Origin: a virus
IMG/VR virus record: IMGVR_UViG_3300034760_000013
Location: 1-63,820 of that record
DNA length: 63,820 nucleotides
Reading direction: 5' to 3' (one strand)
Part shown: one piece after another, positions 60,396 through 63,820 of the stretch
How the letters are laid out: each line of letters starts with the position of its first letter
Numbering within the stretch: position 1 is the first letter of the stretch
The notes under the pieces: model-generated
What the model saw: the letters and a program-made list of their open reading frames with translations, nothing else
Told to the model about the DNA's origin: nothing
The model's database searches: none
Position numbers and translations under genes: made by a program

Positions 60396-61037
60396 ATGCC
60401 TGTCGACCAGAGCCTCATCGACCGCTTCAACGAAAAGTGGGTGGCAGACGAGGAGACCGGGTGCTGGCTCTGGACCGGAGCAACGGTCAAGGGCGGCTAC
60501 GGGCAGATCAAGATACCGCTTCAGCGGCATCAGCATCGCGCTCACCGGCTCTCCTTCATGATCCACAAGGGCGCGGTGCCCAAGGGGAAACATGTCTGCC
60601 ACTCGTGCGACACGCCCGCCTGCGTGAACCCGGAGCACCTGTTCCTGGGGTCGTCCTCGGACAACCACCAAGACATGAAAGCGAAGGGCCGGCACCTGTT
60701 TGGGGAGCGCAACGCGCAAGCGAAGCTCACCGAGCAGGACGTGGAGAAAATCCGCGCAATGTCGCGCGACGGGCAAACGCAGCGATCCATCGCACAGGCA
60801 GTCGGGATTTCCCTGATGCAGGTGAACCGGATCGTCCGTGGGCTCCGATGGGCGCACTCCGCAACGAAGCGACCAGCAATGGCTCGGCTTTCAGAGCGGG
60901 ACGTGGCCGAAATCAGAGCCATAGCGGCAGCGGGAGCGCTCTCACAGGCGCGTCTCGCTCAGCTCTACGGGGTGTCGCAAATGCAGATCAGCCGCATCGT
61001 TCGAGGACACCAATGGGCCGCTAAGCCCGACACCTGA
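60396..61037 (+). CDS. HNH homing endonuclease with two C-terminal HTH repeats
   Basis: GCWLWTGATVKGGYGQI...HRLSF...HVCHSCDTPACVNPEHLFLGSSSDNHQD. Repeats SIAQAVGISLMQVNRIVRG and LAQLYGVSQMQISRIVRG. Confidence 0.8.
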   Translation: MPVDQSLIDRFNEKWVADEETGCWLWTGATVKGGYGQIKIPLQRHQHRAHRLSFMIHKGAVPKGKHVCHSCDTPACVNPEHLFLGSSSDNHQDMKAKGRHLFGERNAQAKLTEQDVEKIRAMSRDGQTQRSIAQAVGISLMQVNRIVRGLRWAHSATKRPAMARLSERDVAEIRAIAAAGALSQARLAQLYGVSQMQISRIVRGHQWAAKPDT

Positions 61038-61051
61038 AAGGATCGATAAGA

Positions 61052-61453
61052 ATGTCTTACGCAAATCCCCTCCGCACGGAGAGCCGCAGCATCGTTGCGA
61101 CTGGCACCTCCGTGGTTCGCTACTGGAAGTCGCCGAAGCTTTACGACTGCACGCTCGCTGACATCGTTGCCGACGTCACGACTGCCTTCGTTGGCACCAC
61201 GACCCCTGCCAAGATCGAAGTCGGCACGGCCACCTCGGCCAATGCTTACGGCACGATGTACTTCGGTTCGGCCGCTACGCCGTCCCCGGTTTCGGTGGCC
61301 CTCCGCATGCAAGACAAGCTGAATGGCTCGGCTGCTGTGGCGAACCACACGATCCCGGCGAACAGCCAGGTCAAGATCACGTACACGCAGGGCACTGGCG
61401 GCACTCCCGCCGGCGTTGCCGACGTGGCCGTGGTGTTCGCTGTCGCGGGCTAA
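61052..61453 (+). CDS. Head-associated protein (decoration candidate)
   Basis: 133 aa, beta-rich, with an AAGGA RBS. Confidence 0.5.
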   Translation: MSYANPLRTESRSIVATGTSVVRYWKSPKLYDCTLADIVADVTTAFVGTTTPAKIEVGTATSANAYGTMYFGSAATPSPVSVALRMQDKLNGSAAVANHTIPANSQVKITYTQGTGGTPAGVADVAVVFAVAG

Positions 61454-61458
61454 CCACC

Positions 61459-61647
61459 ATGTCCTGTCCTTACGAGGACGAGCTGGACGACTATGAGGCC
61501 GCCGCTGCACCGCGGCGGTCTCGCAAACCTGTCTACGTCTACCGGCCCGCCGATGATGACGAGCAGGAAGACGAGGATTTGGATATTCTGCTCGGGCTCC
61601 CGACTCGCTTCGTCGCCAAGTGGCGCCGCGAGCTGGCCGAGGAGTGA
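61459..61647 (+). CDS. Small acidic protein
   Basis: 62-aa ORF. Confidence 0.45.
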   Translation: MSCPYEDELDDYEAAAAPRRSRKPVYVYRPADDDEQEDEDLDILLGLPTRFVAKWRRELAEE

Positions 61648-61676
61648 GACTGCTTGCAAGCAAAGGATCTAATCAC

Positions 61677-61850
61677 ATGCCGAAAGTTGAAGAGAGCGCC
61701 CCTCGTGGGACCAAGATCCGCACCGAGACCGGCGTGGACCGTGAGAAGTCCGTGAAGGGCGTCTCCAACGACCAGGCCCTGAAGGGCCGGGATATGCCCG
61801 ACAAGGGCCTCTCCCGCTCGATCTCCGGCAGCAAGGTGCCGACGCCTTAA
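61677..61850 (+). CDS. Small basic protein
   Basis: AAGGA RBS. 57 aa. Confidence 0.45.
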   Translation: MPKVEESAPRGTKIRTETGVDREKSVKGVSNDQALKGRDMPDKGLSRSISGSKVPTP

Positions 61851-61856
61851 CCAACC

Positions 61857-61876
61857 GGGGCGGCTACGGCCGCCCC
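61857..61876 (+). other. GC stem-loop GGGGCGGC-TACG-GCCGCCCC (terminator-like, no U-tract)
   Basis: Perfect 8-bp stem 6 nt after a stop codon. Confidence 0.4.
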
Positions 61877-61912
61877 CATCACGTTCCCCATCGCAACTAG
61901 CCGCAGGACACC

Positions 61913-62542
61913 ATGGACATCATCGACATTAACGGCATCGGCCCCGCGATCGCCGCCAAGCTGACGGACGCCGGCGTCACGCTCGAGCAGATCGCTGGCT
62001 GGACGGACGACGACATCAACGAGGCTGACGAGAAGCACAATCTCAAGGGCGCCGCGCGCCGCGACGACTGGCGTGATCAGGCGCGTGAGATGCTGGCAAA
62101 GCAGGCCAAGGTCGCCAAGACTGAAGCCAAAGCTGATCCGGTCGCTGCCCCCGTGGTGGATACCCCAGCCGCTCCGGTCGAAGCACCGAAGCCCAAGGCC
62201 AAGCGCCGCAAGCTCAACCCAAACTCTGAGAAATTCGCCATGGTGCTCGGCCGCCACGGCTCAGCGATGTATCAGCAGACCATCGGCAAGGACGAGAACG
62301 TCTACTACGACCACGAATACAACCAGCTCGACAAGGACGGCAATCCGATCGACGACGCCGAGGACGAGCCGGCGATCGAGACCACGCCGCAAAACCTCGT
62401 CTTGATGAACTACCTCGACAAGAAGACCAACGTGCCCTGGCCCGTCATACGCGAGGCCATCAAGGCGCAGTTCAAGCGCGACTTCAAGAAACAGAAGGAC
62501 GGCGACATGTTCCTTCACGAGACCTACCGCACGAACCGCTAA
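61913..62542 (+). CDS. Helix-hairpin-helix domain protein
   Basis: The N-terminus IDINGIGPAIAAKLTDAGVTLEQIAGWTDDDI is HhH-like. Lys/Ala/Pro linker. Confidence 0.55.
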   Translation: MDIIDINGIGPAIAAKLTDAGVTLEQIAGWTDDDINEADEKHNLKGAARRDDWRDQAREMLAKQAKVAKTEAKADPVAAPVVDTPAAPVEAPKPKAKRRKLNPNSEKFAMVLGRHGSAMYQQTIGKDENVYYDHEYNQLDKDGNPIDDAEDEPAIETTPQNLVLMNYLDKKTNVPWPVIREAIKAQFKRDFKKQKDGDMFLHETYRTNR

Positions 62543-62590
62543 GCTACAGAACGCTACAGGAGGCCCCTGAAGCCTGCTGAACTGATCCCC

Positions 62591-62608
62591 CGTCACCGTC
62601 CCATCCCC
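62591..62608 (+). promoter_or_regulatory. Conserved late-gene upstream motif CGTCACCGTCCCATCCCC
   Basis: Second copy of the 18-nt motif. It ends 47 nt before the ATG at 62655. Confidence 0.6.
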
Positions 62609-62654
62609 GCAGCGCTCCCAACCAGGGAGCATCGAGGAGTGACAGACGGTGGCG

Positions 62655-63820
62655 ATGACCTGGGCAGAACTGACCGCGGGCAAGGACTCGACGGGCTCGA
62701 TTGCGTCCTGGGTCAACTCGGACAAGATCCCAGCCGCCGACGTCATCGCGGACAGCGAGAACTACCTTAACCGGCACCTGCGCGTCCGGCGCCTGCACAA
62801 GCGGGCGAACATCACACTGACGACCGGCGCGGACCAGATCGCGCTGATCGACGCTGGCGTCACCGATTTCCTCGACCACGTCCGGCTCTATCGCCGGGGC
62901 TACGGCGAGCTGGTGTGGGTTCCTGAAGCCCAGATCGACCCGCTGCGCGAAGAGGCTGTAGGCGGCGCAGTCGCCGACACCGGCGCCGTCTACTTCACCA
63001 TCATCAACGACACGATCCTGTTCGACCGCGGCTCAGCCGCCGGCGACACCCTGGTGCTGACCTACTTTGCCGAGCCGCCAGCGCTTTCCGCGTCGCAGAC
63101 CACCAACCTTTACACCACCGAGTTCCGTGGGCTCTTCAAAGACGTACTGATGGGGCACGGCTATTTGTTTTTGAAGGACGAGACGCGCACCGCCGCGATG
63201 CTCGAGCTCGCCGCCGCAAAGATGAAGCGGCTCACCGACGTCGACGCCATGACCGGGCCGGAGGTCAACGCCGCCAGCTCGGACATGACCTACTCGACCC
63301 TGATCGGCCCGCAGTCGCGCACAGGCTCCATCCGCTCCTGGGTCCAGACCGAGGTGCCCAGCGCCGAGATCATCGCGGAGACCGAGAACTGGCTGGCCCA
63401 GCGCATGCGCGTCAACCTCATGCTGACGCGCACCGAGCTCGTCCTTCAGGAGGGCGACAGCACTCTCGTTCTCTCGTCTGTCCTGCCGGCATTTCTGGAC
63501 CCGGTCCACGTCTACCTCCGCGGCTACGGCGAGGTTCACAACATCCACGAGGACGAGCTGGAGCGCGTGCGCGTCGCCGAGGAAGGTGGCTCACTCTCCG
63601 AGTCCACGCCGAGCTATTACGCGCTGATCGGCCGGACCATGTATTTCGACTGCCTGGCTGACCAGGACTACACGGTCATCGTCACGCACTACGCGCGCCC
63701 GACCGCGCTCTCGGCGTCGAACCAGACCAACATCTACACCACCGACTACCGCGCCATGTACAAGATGGCGCTGACCGGCTTCGCGCACGCCGCGGCTGGC
63801 GACCACAAGCTCGCGGCCGC
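62655..63820 (+). CDS. Adaptor/head-completion-like virion protein made of two tandem homologous halves; runs off the window and continues at 128-221
   Basis: Open frame from the ATG at 62655 to the window end (absent from the ORF track because there is no stop in the window). Total 419 aa after removing the overlap. Halves start TGSIASWV... and TGSIRSWV..., 210 aa apart. Confidence 0.75.
   Translation, partial: MTWAELTAGKDSTGSIASWVNSDKIPAADVIADSENYLNRHLRVRRLHKRANITLTTGADQIALIDAGVTDFLDHVRLYRRGYGELVWVPEAQIDPLREEAVGGAVADTGAVYFTIINDTILFDRGSAAGDTLVLTYFAEPPALSASQTTNLYTTEFRGLFKDVLMGHGYLFLKDETRTAAMLELAAAKMKRLTDVDAMTGPEVNAASSDMTYSTLIGPQSRTGSIRSWVQTEVPSAEIIAETENWLAQRMRVNLMLTRTELVLQEGDSTLVLSSVLPAFLDPVHVYLRGYGEVHNIHEDELERVRVAEEGGSLSESTPSYYALIGRTMYFDCLADQDYTVIVTHYARPTALSASNQTNIYTTDYRAMYKMALTGFAHAAAGDHKLAA
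63694..63820. repeat. Second copy of the 127-bp terminal overlap
   Basis: Identical to bases 1-127. Confidence 0.95.

Noticed and set aside
60329-61024. 231-aa alternative-frame plus-strand ORF overlapping the HNH gene
   Set aside because: Arg/Gly/Pro-rich frame. The other frame contains the HNH and HTH motifs.
1-63820. Search for tRNA, rRNA, CRISPR arrays, reverse transcriptase/DGR and transposase genes
   Set aside because: None was recognised by eye. There are no T-arm/acceptor-like structures, no regularly spaced short direct repeats with unique spacers, and no RT or DDE motifs. A tRNAscan/Infernal run would be needed to exclude small RNAs formally.

Overview
The window is a complete, circularly closed genome of about 63.7 kb from a temperate, high-GC tailed phage. 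Bases 1-127 are identical to 63694-63820, so the unit length is 63,693 bp and one structural gene wraps across the junction. Three encoded homologues (GcrA, GapR/DUF2312, DUF1376) point to an alphaproteobacterial host.

Layout:
- Late plus-strand block, about 36.6 kb through the junction to 21.3 kb: small and large terminase (the large subunit is split by an intein), a reverse-strand moron region, tail fibre/depolymerase genes, portal, scaffold, capsid, an HNH endonuclease, adaptor and tail genes, very large internal/ejection proteins, and a lysis cassette of pinholin-like holin, SAR endolysin, overlapping spanins and a secreted S1 protease.
- Leftward early operon, 25.0 to 21.3 kb: Cro-like protein, GcrA, C5 DNA methyltransferase, GapR, winged-helix and RHH proteins, and a DUF1376 replication protein.
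- CI-like LexA/S24 repressor flanked by ATACC-N5-GGTAT operators.
- Rightward early operon: RecT, excisionase and tyrosine integrase, followed by a repeat-rich candidate attP.
- A second HTH switch at about 32.4 kb, followed by a long run of small, translationally coupled genes.

I saw no tRNA, rRNA or CRISPR array by eye, and no tail tube, sheath or tape-measure gene, so the gene content looks podovirus-like.

Most unusual items:
- A reverse-strand moron encoding an ethylene-receptor-like copper/ethylene-binding membrane domain fused to a HisKA_2 phosphoacceptor domain that has no ATPase domain.
- Two T5orf172 (GIY-YIG-like) paralogues flanking the candidate attP, one fused to an integrase-like arm-binding N-terminus.
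- A PhoD-like phosphodiesterase at the C-terminus of a 1464-aa tail fibre.
- A GANTC-rich region upstream of the late operon in a phage that encodes its own GcrA.
- An 18-nt motif found at an identical distance upstream of two late genes.

All functional calls come from reading the translations and recognising motifs. No database search was run.
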